A DNA stretch of 64,000 nt. It comes from Blasia pusilla. Lineage: Eukaryota. Below the pieces are notes generated by a model. That model was not told the DNA's origin. It saw only the letters and a list, made by a program, of their open reading frames with translations, and did not search any database. The translations under genes were made by a program, and so were the position numbers. The stretch covers positions 4,030,001 to 4,094,000 of the forward strand of contig CM114271.1 of assembly GCA_050084515.1 (NCBI GenBank). Reading direction: 5' to 3'. Of the stretch, positions 41,101-50,722 are shown in pieces (position 1 is the stretch's first letter; the number at the start of each line of letters is the position of its first letter).

Positions 41101-42682
41101 CCATCCTCCAACTCAGTCATGCTCCTCCTTGTGATCGAGTTCACCAACTCCATTTTCGTTGGAACTTCACGGACCAACCGCACCTGTAACCGTTTGCCTT
41201 TTAGCAAGACGCTCAACCTCAATGGTCGGCGTCTTAACTCCACCTCATACGCATCTAGGAATGTATTCCCCAAAACTCCGTCAATGCCATCCATTTCGCA
41301 CACAGTGAAATTCTCCTTCAACTTGAATACCCCGCATCCTACTGTCAAACCCAAGACCAAATCAGAAGTCCGATGAGACTTGCCTCCTGCAAATCCCACT
41401 CGAATGGGCTCGTCCACCTTAGAGGTAGACAACCCTAGTTCCTTCATGATTCTCGGGCTTAGGAAGGAGTGCGAAGCACCTGTATCCACGAGCAACAAGA
41501 CATCGCGATCAGCAATCTTGGATCTTAGGTACACCAAATTGTGCGCCCTCTTGGTGACTTGAAGGGCGTCTCTCGAGATCGCCGCCAACAGATGCTTAGC
41601 AGCAAACGCAATCATACTCCCATTACTAACCTTCGGTTTGAACACCCTTTCGACAGTGCCCGGTTCGCCACGGTTGTAGCATACGACCTTGCCGGTCCGT
41701 GACTTTGAGTGTTGTCCTCCTTTCGGTTTCGCATGAAGTTCCACTCGTTTTCTTTTTGCCGGGCGACGACTCTCCTGGTTCGTGCTGGCCCCCACTCCAG
41801 CCTCTTTTGAACGCCTCCTTATTTTTCGACTTCTTCGAAAAAACTTTTGGCTCGAAGGGTTTCTGGGTTTGGACCTCATCGTCCCCAATCCGCTCCGCTA
41901 GCTTCGTAAGGTCCCGCGAGTCTCCGGCAACGCGTCGGCATTCGGTAAAGGGCCTTTTCAGCGCTCGGCTTGAGTCCACTAATGAAGATAGCCTTCTTCG
42001 CGTGTTCATCCATCTTTGGACTAGAAGTCAGCTTCGCACTAAACTCCCTCACATAGGCGCTTAAGGAATCACTCTGCCGCATCCGCACGCATTCCACCGT
42101 GTCACGCAACCCTTGGTACTCCGGAGTGAACCGATCCCCAATCAACTCCTTGAACTCCTCCCAACTCAGAGGTGACTCGCCTCCCAGATATTCCTCTCGT
42201 TGAGCGGTCCACCATTGTAGAGCATGATCCTTCAGGAAAGTAACGGCTACCGTTACCTTGTCCTGCTCAGCAGCCCTCTGCGCCTCGAAGTACAGTTCCA
42301 GTTCCGTAAGGAAATCCTTCACTTTCCGCAAGCGCCCCACTCCCGTGAATGGCATGGGCAGGTCCGTCTTGCAGAGTTTTTTGCCCGCACTCGGGTTTTG
42401 AGTGGCCTCTAACTCTGCAATCCGCTTGCTTTGCTAGGACATCTGCTCCACCAACACCTTCAACAAGTCCAACGTCTGGCTCGACTCCGTCCTTTCCCCT
42501 GAGTTTGGACCCACTAGCCCCGCGGAAGGAGTCGCCTCTAGGACGTCCTCACGATTGGCGTTCAGCTCTTCGGGGGTCTCCGTCTCCTCTATAGCTTCAC
42601 GGTCCGGCATTGGTTCCTCTCTTGGTTCACGTCGCTTGATTCGGCGCTTCTTGGGTTGTTCTCCCTCGATCGCCATTTCCAA
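38179..42682 (-). pseudogene. gag-pol polyprotein with C-terminal chromodomain, frameshifted as assembled
   Basis: At least nine ORF pieces in gag-PR-RT-RH-IN-chromodomain order; chromodomain EFEVETIL...YLVKWKGY...ATW. Confidence 0.92.
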
Positions 42683-42825
42683 GCCAACTCACTCAGATCT
42701 CCTCCTCGTTTCTTGCGTCCCTCCTCGAGCGTCCGAGTCTAGCCGCTACCTTGAAATTTCCCAAGCGTCACGCTGATCCCACGACCCCAAGTTCTCACTC
42801 ACCAAGGATAAGCTTTGATACCACT

Positions 42826-43838
42826 TGTCGCGCCCCTACTCTCCTTGAACGTCAATCTTTAGTGTTGCGGAAGCGTGCGTTCAGTAGGTCACGAACTCAT
42901 CACGAACTCATCGCCGATCTGCACCCAAACACGCATTCTCGTTAGTCGGGTTTGGGCCAACCGGCGTTCCGACCCACCGAGTCCTCAACTCGGCGTCTCA
43001 TCAAGCTCAACCTTCCTTAGTTCCTAGCTTCCAAAACATGGCAAGTCCTTCAAGACTTGGAACAGACTTCCTGGTTAGTCGGGATCACGAAACGGCCCCT
43101 TGCGCGCCTAGCGATCCCAACTGTTCAACGGTCCTCGGGTGAGTTCCGAACCGAGACCCAAGTAATTGAGTCGCGGTGTGAATTCCAAGAGGGATGTCTA
43201 AAATCGCCTCAATGGACTTGGTGCAGGTTTTCCAACCCAACGCCCAAACTCGCGTTCCGTTCCATGCCCTTGAGCCGCCCCGCGGCGCCCAAAGTGGGGT
43301 TTGGGTTCCAAGCACTCTCGGAGACCTTCCCCCTTACTAGTACTTCTGGGGTTCTCCAATAACCCCTCCCCTTTGGGAAAAGAGGGTCGGGCCCTTCATT
43401 GTGGCCCTCAACCCGACTCCACTTATAGTCGTTTTTGGGTCGTATCTCGGCCGCTGCTTATGCGTTTGCAGCGATCTTTGGTGCGTTTGGACCGGCTCTC
43501 CATAAGCTTTCCAACGCACCCTTATTTGCTCCAAAAGCATCTCGGCGCTAAAAGTTATGGCCATAAATACAGTCGGAAACTCTCAAACGCTAGTGGCGTT
43601 CCAAATCCGGATCTTCCCTTTGGCAACCCACTTCCTAGACTCGACTTCTTCCAAGTTTCATTCCGCGTTTGGTCCAGGTTTCTCAGTCGCGACCATAACA
43701 ACTGAAACGCGACTCCTCGTTCGCGTCTCGTCTCTTGTCTCCTCTTTGAGACACTCCAACGCACAAACCATCTCAGCGTGACCCCGCTAATGTTCCGATG
43801 TTCCGCTTGGCACTTGTTTGGTCATGAGGGTCGCGACA
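42826..43838 (-). repeat. 5' LTR of the chromovirus
   Basis: Adjacent to the tRNA-Met PBS; about 10 differences from the other LTR by eye. Confidence 0.97.
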
Positions 43839-45451
43839 GTATGGGCCTCACCTTTCCCTTCTTTCTCATTCCCTTTACTTGCCTTCGTGTTCCATATTCC
43901 CCCATTTCTTCCTCCCTCCAGCTCCACTCCCTCACTACTCCTCTCATCCTTGCTTTGCCTTCCATCATGGACTAAAAGTGTGGGTGCCATCTCTTGGAAC
44001 CCAAGCACATGGACATATCTAGACTTGTTCGTTCATGTCCGTCTTAAGGAAGGACTTGTCCGTTTTTTGTGCAACCATGGATGGGAGGCCTGGCTAGGTT
44101 CAATTCCTACCAAGGATATAATTGTAAGAAGAACAAAGGAGGGGAAAAGAGTAGGCTAATGAGAGATTGAATTTTGAAGGCCAAATGTATATGATCCTTG
44201 GCTCCTAGGGGAGGGAGGCTTGGCCAGGTTCAAATCTTGCCGAGGATGTGAAAGGGGTTGAAGACTTGAAGTTGTGAAAAAAATGTTGTAAATTGAAGAA
44301 GTGTTAGTATTTAAATTTTGTGTTAGAATATGAAGGCAAGGAGGCCGGGAAAATTTTGTTTCGACACAATTAATTGGCAGCCGGAAATTTTTTGGCCAGC
44401 AAAAGAAATTCCAAAAATGTGCCAAATTTATATTTGTAATATTTACCTGAATAAAAAATTAAAAGAGATATTTTCTGCTAATTTTATTATTTGCCTTTTC
44501 TTACCGAGACCCTAAACATAATATCCGTGACTGTTTTACGGGTTTCTTGAAAAAAACTCCCCGGACCTCGGTAGAAACTAGTGATGGGTGATAATGATAA
44601 ATAATTCAAATCACTACATAATTAGTAACCCGTGTGAATTAATAATTTGACCTCCAAAACGAACTCCTAAAGGTGGCACGCTCCGAGTTGTAGCTTTAAG
44701 AAATTTCAATTCAAAAAACCTCTCTATTATGTTGAACCAGTGCGGGGAAGTAATTAATTAATATATACGTGTAGGGCCGTAATGAAATTTAAAGCTAAAA
44801 ATATTTTAAACCATGAATGCTCTATTGGTTTCGGTTTAGCCCATTGGGCATTAATGGTGTCCTCTACGGATGGCGTGGAATCGTGGGTTCATGACAGGTT
44901 ATGAGTTCGCAAGGTCCCTATTGGTGGAGCATGCATTCACAACTGCTGACTGTTTGTCTGGACTCTGGAGTCCTAAACGTCGAGACCCCAGACTCTGGAC
45001 TCTGAACCAGGGTTCGGGGAGTTTTTTTTGAATTGTCGGACTTTTACTGGTAGTATTGATATTATTTCGGATATTATTTTTTCGTGCCGGTCGCAGCCGG
45101 AAGATTGGTAGCTTTTCAATTATTTTCTGGAAATTATTTTTGCGGTCGGTTAAAATCCGAAAATTTTTTTTTTTCTTCTTTTGATTTCCGGGGCTGATTT
45201 TTTTTCTCTGCCAATTTCCGACCGAACTTTGTGAAGCTGCCCAAAAACCGGCTGTTCCTAACTCGGCCGGATTTTTTTTTCTTCACACTCCTTATCTTCT
45301 CCACAACCCTGCAATGCTCAAAAGCCGGAAATATTTTTCTTCACACACTTCTTATATTCTTCACAACCCTGCAATGCTCAAGAACCTGATCCTTGATATC
45401 AAATTCTTCCCTTGAGTAGACATGCAATCTTCTAATACAATAAAAAAAATC

Positions 45452-45557
45452 ATCCTTGGCAGGAGTTGAACCTGACAAAACTCCCACCAGTTGGGAGCCA
45501 AGGATCCTACCCCTCTTGAATACTTGGAGCCATGAGGCTCCAAGTATTCAAAAAGGG
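45452..45557 (-). other. Conserved predicted RNA structure: 22-bp hairpin followed by an anticodon-less tRNA-like fold
   Basis: Hairpin 45557-45510; then ATCCTTGG-CTCCCA(ACTGG)TGGGAG-TTTTGT-CAGG(TTCAACT)CCTG-CCAAGGAT; homologues in the decayed hAT show compensatory changes. Confidence 0.6.
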
Positions 45558-45591
45558 TCCTACTTTCTAAAACCTAAACGACCAAAATCTT

Positions 45592-47823
45592 CTAATCTAG
45601 AGGGGTTTTAGTAACTTCAACTCCCTCATTCGGGGAGATGTATCTATCAGGATTTGCAAACAAATACCTAAAATGAGCAGAATTCTTCCACAATATCACA
45701 GACTCAGACAACATCTCCTCAAAATCAGAAGAAGGTCCTTCTAAGGCAATCCTCAAGACAACATCTAAATACTTTGTGGTCAACCTATTCCGAGATTTAG
45801 TCTTGATCATGTTTTGAATGGAAAAGGCTCTCTCACATATGGCAGTACTAACACATTGGACTCTGGCTATATTTGCCAAAATCAACAAATTAGAAAACTT
45901 ACATTGCAATGAGGGACTCCAACTTACCATCGCCCACAAGTCTCTGAAGTTGCGATCCTTCCACTCGGTGGTAGCCATCAGTTTGAAAGATTGGAACTCT
46001 TGCTTAACAATCGAAGAATTAATGATAGCCGGTTGCAACACACCCCGTGATGGCAATTGATTTCCAAAAAACCCACAAAAATCATCTAAATCTTTACACC
46101 CCCAACTATTTAATCCCACTTGCCGAGAAGGCATGTGCAAAGGATTCAGTACTCTCATAGATCCAATCAAGTTATTATCTCGGAATCGCTCCTGTAAAGA
46201 TGTACACACACTTTCAGCAAACCTTTTCTGAAAGAATAATGCGGCCTCTAAGTCCCTTCCCGTCTGATCTCGAGACATAGCAATGCTATGAAACTTGTTT
46301 CCCCTCATCTCGGATTGTAAACGACGAAGATCATCACCAGGTGGCCCAAAATCAGGAAGTATATGGTAACCTGTATCTTCAGAGAAGGTGGAGGCATTCA
46401 AGTCATGAGTTTCCATGACAAAATTCATGGTAATTCTAGCTATCTCCGAATTCACAATGCTCCCTATAGTGCTAACATCCACAAACTTATACTGAAAAAT
46501 CTTACTCAGATTTGCAAGCATGGAAAGTATGTCAGCCAAAAAGTACAGTTGATAGATCATTTGGAATGATCTCAACCTGTTAAATAAATTTGCAGCAAAC
46601 CCGTCATCCTCTGAAGGGGAAATATCTCTAAAGTATGTCAGTACTGATTCTAGAGAATCACACAAGGTGGTCACAGCTTGCCAACGGGATAACCATCTAA
46701 TCTTGTGGTATCTCTTCATAACTCGTTGGGAGTCATTGAATTTTTCCTGCAACGATGCTAGAATTGTTTTCCTCTTCGACGACCTTCTAAAGTAACCAGC
46801 AACTGCATTGAGAATCGAATCGACTTCAGAGGAAATGGACTTGCAATCAGGAGCTTTTGCAGCTGATAAAGCCGCCAAATTTGTTCTATGGGCTACACAA
46901 TGAACCGAAAGAATATAGGGATTTACCTTCTGCTTCATTTGGGAGGCCACCCCTGTCTGGCTACCTACCATTGTAGAAGCTCCATCTGAACCAAATGCTA
47001 CCATTTTGGAGAATTCTAACCCTCCATCTTTGATTAGTTGCAACAAACCTTCAGTAATAGCATTGGAACATTTTGATTCGCAACGAAGTAGTCCTAGAAA
47101 ACAACATTCTGCCAGACCTTCTTCAATGAAGGTGGCAAACACAACCAAATGCCCTGTTATAGATATGTCAGTTGACTCATCGATCATAATGCCAAAGAAA
47201 GGAGAGGCCTGAACTCTCATAAGACTTCTTCTAAACAGAACTTGGCTAATAAAGTAACACATCTCACTGCAACTCTTCTCATCTTGATATAAGTCTCTGG
47301 TAATAGGGGCATTGATCGATAACATTAACTTACAAAGGCTCGGAAATTTCAAAAATGGCATAGTTTCCTTTGCTAGGAAGTACGCACACTTAAACAATGT
47401 CAACAAAGCAATTTCACAAGTGCGGTTGGTGGTGGCAATGGCCTTGGCCATTGACTTCTTACCCCCATGTGCAGCCCATGCAAGCTTGATGTGCTCGTTG
47501 GACTTGGCATGATCGGTGAAAGTTGAAACCTTCAGCTTTATTGCTCCATCTCTGGCAAACACATTCTTCCCTTTCCCCTTCTTACAAACTTTACAAAAGA
47601 TTCTACCAAGAGTTGAGTCCCACTCAATCCAATCAGACATCGAATACCATACATCCTTCCATGCTACACGAACTTTTCCAGGTACATCCGCACTGCTTCC
47701 TGACGGAGGCGGCTCATCTCTGTCATCAGATGAGCCAGACAATGCGATAATGTCAGGCTCGTCATTGATTTGTTCCTTACCTAGAAAGGATGTCATTGTC
47801 TTCTGTCTCTTGGCCATGTGCAC
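45592..47823 (-). CDS. hAT transposase (ZNF862-like), 743 aa, intact
   Basis: N-terminal Zn finger (FCKVC...H...H), catalytic D (IDESTD), D (SDGASTM), CxxH (CVAH), RW, E (CERAFS) and hAT dimerisation region. Confidence 0.95.
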   Translation of the reverse strand: MHMAKRQKTMTSFLGKEQINDEPDIIALSGSSDDRDEPPPSGSSADVPGKVRVAWKDVWYSMSDWIEWDSTLGRIFCKVCKKGKGKNVFARDGAIKLKVSTFTDHAKSNEHIKLAWAAHGGKKSMAKAIATTNRTCEIALLTLFKCAYFLAKETMPFLKFPSLCKLMLSINAPITRDLYQDEKSCSEMCYFISQVLFRRSLMRVQASPFFGIMIDESTDISITGHLVVFATFIEEGLAECCFLGLLRCESKCSNAITEGLLQLIKDGGLEFSKMVAFGSDGASTMVGSQTGVASQMKQKVNPYILSVHCVAHRTNLAALSAAKAPDCKSISSEVDSILNAVAGYFRRSSKRKTILASLQEKFNDSQRVMKRYHKIRWLSRWQAVTTLCDSLESVLTYFRDISPSEDDGFAANLFNRLRSFQMIYQLYFLADILSMLANLSKIFQYKFVDVSTIGSIVNSEIARITMNFVMETHDLNASTFSEDTGYHILPDFGPPGDDLRRLQSEMRGNKFHSIAMSRDQTGRDLEAALFFQKRFAESVCTSLQERFRDNNLIGSMRVLNPLHMPSRQVGLNSWGCKDLDDFCGFFGNQLPSRGVLQPAIINSSIVKQEFQSFKLMATTEWKDRNFRDLWAMVSWSPSLQCKFSNLLILANIARVQCVSTAICERAFSIQNMIKTKSRNRLTTKYLDVVLRIALEGPSSDFEEMLSESVILWKNSAHFRYLFANPDRYISPNEGVEVTKTPLD

Positions 47824-48334
47824 TACTGGACACTGGGCAACTATTAACTACAATCTGAGAACAGAAGAAGGGCTACTCCACGCGAATAAGTTAGAACAGA
47901 GGAGTTGCAATGAGTTCGAGAACTTCTCGAGGAGAAGTTGTGGCGGCTGTGTGGCTTGGAAAGGCCCTGGTTAATGTAGGCAATCTGCGGAGCAGCAGAG
48001 CAAACCGATGCAAACTTGCTGCTAAGGAAAGAAAAAAAAGAAGTACATCCCGGGTGCTTGAGAGAACACAGTCCGAGAACAATCAAGGGCAGCAGCCTTT
48101 CCAAGAGTGACGGACTTGCCGCACATTGAGCAGCCCGGCCCCCACCCTGATCCCTAGCACCAACGCTACCAAGCCCACCGAAAATGACGAAGACAAGGCT
48201 GCCAAACAGCGTTGCGAGCAACAAGCTTGCAAGATTGGGTTTAGGGTTTTAGCAACGAGATGGAGCGCCAGGAGCGGACTTGCAAAAGAATTCGCCAAAG
48301 GAGAACTGGACGGATTTCGCAAAAGGAGAACTGG

Positions 48335-48775
48335 ACGGGAGCAGAGCAGCAAGGCGGAGCGCAAGGCGGAGCGCAAGGCAGAGCAGCAAGGCGGAGGCAC
48401 AAGGCAGCAAGGCGGAGCAGCAAGGCGGAAGCACGAGCTCAGGAGCAGCAAGGAATCGCAATCCGCGGAGCAGCAAAGCAGAGCAGCCAGGCGGAGCAGC
48501 AAGGCGGAGGCGCAAGGCAGCAAGGCGGAGCAGAAAGGCGGAAGCACGAGCTCGGGAGCAGCAAGGAATCGCAATCCACGGAGCAGCAAAGCAGAGCAGC
48601 CAGGCGGAGCAGCAAGGCGGAGGCGCAAGGCAGCAAGGCGGAGGCGCAAGGCAGCAAGGCAGAGCAGCGAGCAGCGAGCTCGGGAGCAGAAAGCAGCGAG
48701 GCGCAAGGCACAGCAGCGAGGCGCGAGGTCGGGAGCGGAAAGCAGCGAGGCGCAAGGCACAGCAGCGAGGCGGAA
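48335..48775. repeat. Low-complexity tandem repeat block inside the hAT (GCAGCAAGGCGGAG-type units with higher-order duplication)
   Basis: Very T-poor plus strand; recurring units and a duplicated ~130-bp block containing CACGAGCTC...AAGGAATCGCAATCC. Confidence 0.9.
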
Positions 48776-49458
48776 CCGCGGAGCTCTGGACTTTGGAGTT
48801 GCACTCTCCAGGGAGGGAATGCGAATGAGGCCCCATGGGCCCGCAGCGGGGTCTCCACCGCACTGCGGGCCCCCAAGGGGTTCGAGACTCCTAGTTGGGA
48901 ACCGTCCGATCTGGATCGGACGGGTGTACTTCTTGTGCCCTAAGCCCTAAATGAGCGGACGGTCTAGATCGAGCCGTCTCCTCCTTATCAAATCGTGACC
49001 ACTCATAATTTTCCGGCAGCCGCAACTCCAGGCGGCCAAAAACCGTCCGCCGGTAATCGCACTCCAGCCACTAGCCGGTTTCCCTACCCGGACGGCTCAC
49101 TTTCCGACAACTTCCTGCCGGGAAACGGTCAAATTCCGGCGCCTGGTTGGCTCGCCTGCCACTTGCCGGTATGTACCGAATTTCACCCGGAACTGCTGCC
49201 GGGAAGTTCTTCTGATCGTCGGAATTTTTTAATTTCTGCCGGCCGGGGTTACTCGTAACCCCGGATCTCCCCGAACATTGCTCTAAACGTCCCAAGTCGA
49301 GCCATCGCTTCGCCGAGCGCAAATCGAGCTCGCCGGTAGAATTCGCAAACGGAGAAACGAACCAGTGCGCAGTGCCACTTCAAAAGACGCAACATTCATC
49401 TCGTGGACACCCGAAAGAATAGCCAGGAGCTGGTGGGACGGCCAGAGGATTCCTTCTC

Positions 49459-49935
49459 GCAGATCCTACGCGGGAGGATCTGCGAAGGGCGAATGTTACA
49501 AGGAGCGGCGGTGAAGAAGACACATATCTATAGTCGACTTCACGAGGGACGCATCTTCATCCCCCTGGCCATAGAGATGTATGGGGGCTATGGGGGAGAG
49601 GTTTGACTCGTTACTTACGGACTGCGCCCATCATCTCCAATCGAGAAATGGGTTGTCCTTAGTTACTGCGATTCTCTATTGTAGGCATCGGGTCTCCATA
49701 GCGTTGCAGCGCGCCCAGGCTAATGGGCTTTTACGGCGGGCTCAATCTGTGGGAGACGCCGACGCTAGAGGCCCACTTAGTAGTAGTCATAGTTCTCTTG
49801 TTGTTGTTGTTGCTGATATTATTTTTGCTGTTGGTGAGTTTCGTCGTTAGGGGGGAATGCCCCCTTTCTTCCTTTTCTGGTCTTGTTGTGGCCTTCAAGT
49901 TTTGACTCTTTGAGCCTCCCTCTTTTGTACATATC
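49459..49935 (+). mobile_element. 5'-truncated CRE-like non-LTR retrotransposon (restriction-like endonuclease C-terminus and 3' UTR)
   Basis: ADPTREDL...AAVKKTHIY...FIPLAIEMYG / ...LLTDCA...RHRVSIALQRAQA matches the RLE-domain pattern; frameshifted. 3' boundary approximate. Confidence 0.75.
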
Positions 49936-50034
49936 GAAGTGCATCATTTTCCCTATCTCGCATGCTCTTCGCTCATATGTCCTCACCCCCCTTGAATTAT
50001 TGGAGGTCCGGCCGTCCCACCAGCTCCTGCCCAT

Positions 50035-50466
50035 CGATTCGGGTGTCCACGTTAGTGGTGAAACCTCTTCGAATTCGGGTGCCAACGTAAGTAGGGAGAC
50101 GTCTAGGAATTCGGGTGTCAGCGTTATTAGTCAGACGTCTAAGAATTCTTGTGTCCAGACTAGTAGTGAGACGTCTAGGAACTCGGATGTCCACGCTACT
50201 GGTGAGACGTCTAAGAATTCGGAAGTAGACTTTGTTCGTGAGACGTCTGAGAATTCGGGTGTCCACGCTATTAGTGCAAGGTCTAAGAATTCGGGTGTTC
50301 ACGCTAATAGTGCAAGGTCTAGGAATTCGGGTGTCTACGCCACTAGTGAAACGTGTGGGAATTCGGAAGTCGACTTTCTCAGTGAGACGTCGAAGAATGC
50401 GGATGTCCATGCTGATAGTGAGACGTTCATGAATTCGGGTGTGAACGTTATTAGTGAGTCCGGGAG
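50035..50466. repeat. Minisatellite of 12 x 36 bp, approximate consensus GAATTCGGGTGTCCACGCTANTAGTGAGACGTCTAR
   Basis: GAATTC-like unit starts every 36 nt (50071, 50107, 50143 ... 50431) with no indels. Confidence 0.95.
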
Positions 50467-50722
50467 TCGACGTTCTCAGTGAGCATGCGTGTAGGATTTC
50501 CACGAATGCGAGCAGGAATTGGCAAGGAGATGGACGAGTGCGCGTGGCTGTAGTTGAAAGAAGGTGTGCAGACAGACTAGACTCAACGGCGTTTCGTCGC
50601 GAAGCATCGGGTGCTCACTTACCTGACTTACCTGACGTCGTCGGCTTCGTTCGCACGGATTCGTCCCACGCGAGCGAACCGGGAGCCGGTGATGTTGTTG
50701 TTGAGACGGAGTTGGTGACACC

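Larger units (their letters stand above)
36475..43838 (-). mobile_element. Full-length Ty3/Gypsy chromovirus LTR retrotransposon
   Basis: Two 1013-bp TG...CA LTRs, perfect 5-bp TSD GTATG, PBS TGGTATCAAAGC (42823-42812), PPT at 37488-37502; gag, protease [21 protein letters not shown], RNase H, integrase, chromodomain. Confidence 0.97.
36388..44079. mobile_element. hAT-type MITE (~320 bp) split by a chromovirus insertion
   Basis: Termini CAAGTTTGCA and TGCAACCATG; 8-bp flanks AGTGGGAG and GATGGGAG, each one change from GGTGGGAG in the intact hAT; uninterrupted relative at 20572-20882. Confidence 0.8.
33400..44570 (+). mobile_element. Decayed hAT DNA transposon hosting nested insertions; left end not resolved
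   Basis: Broken transposase at 34695-36281; 3' sequence homologous to the intact hAT; right terminus CTCCCCGGACCTCG at 44557-44570 resembles the TIR of the intact element. Confidence 0.75.
45008..49280 (-). mobile_element. Complete, potentially autonomous hAT transposon
   Basis: 14-bp TIRs CAGGGTTCGGGGAG and CAATGTTCGGGGAG, 8-bp TSD CTCTGAAC/CTCTAAAC, CCGG-rich subterminal regions, intact transposase. Confidence 0.95.

Noticed and set aside
45452-45505. A genuine tRNA gene
   Set aside because: No anticodon arm and only ~54 nt; reported as a tRNA-like structure instead.
48083-48950. Several overlapping long ORFs (145-274 aa) on both strands
   Set aside because: Explained by low-complexity repeats lacking stop codons; no domain signature.
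50035-50466. 36-bp periodic array as a CRISPR array
   Set aside because: Units are contiguous with no unique spacers, there are no cas genes, and the context is eukaryotic.
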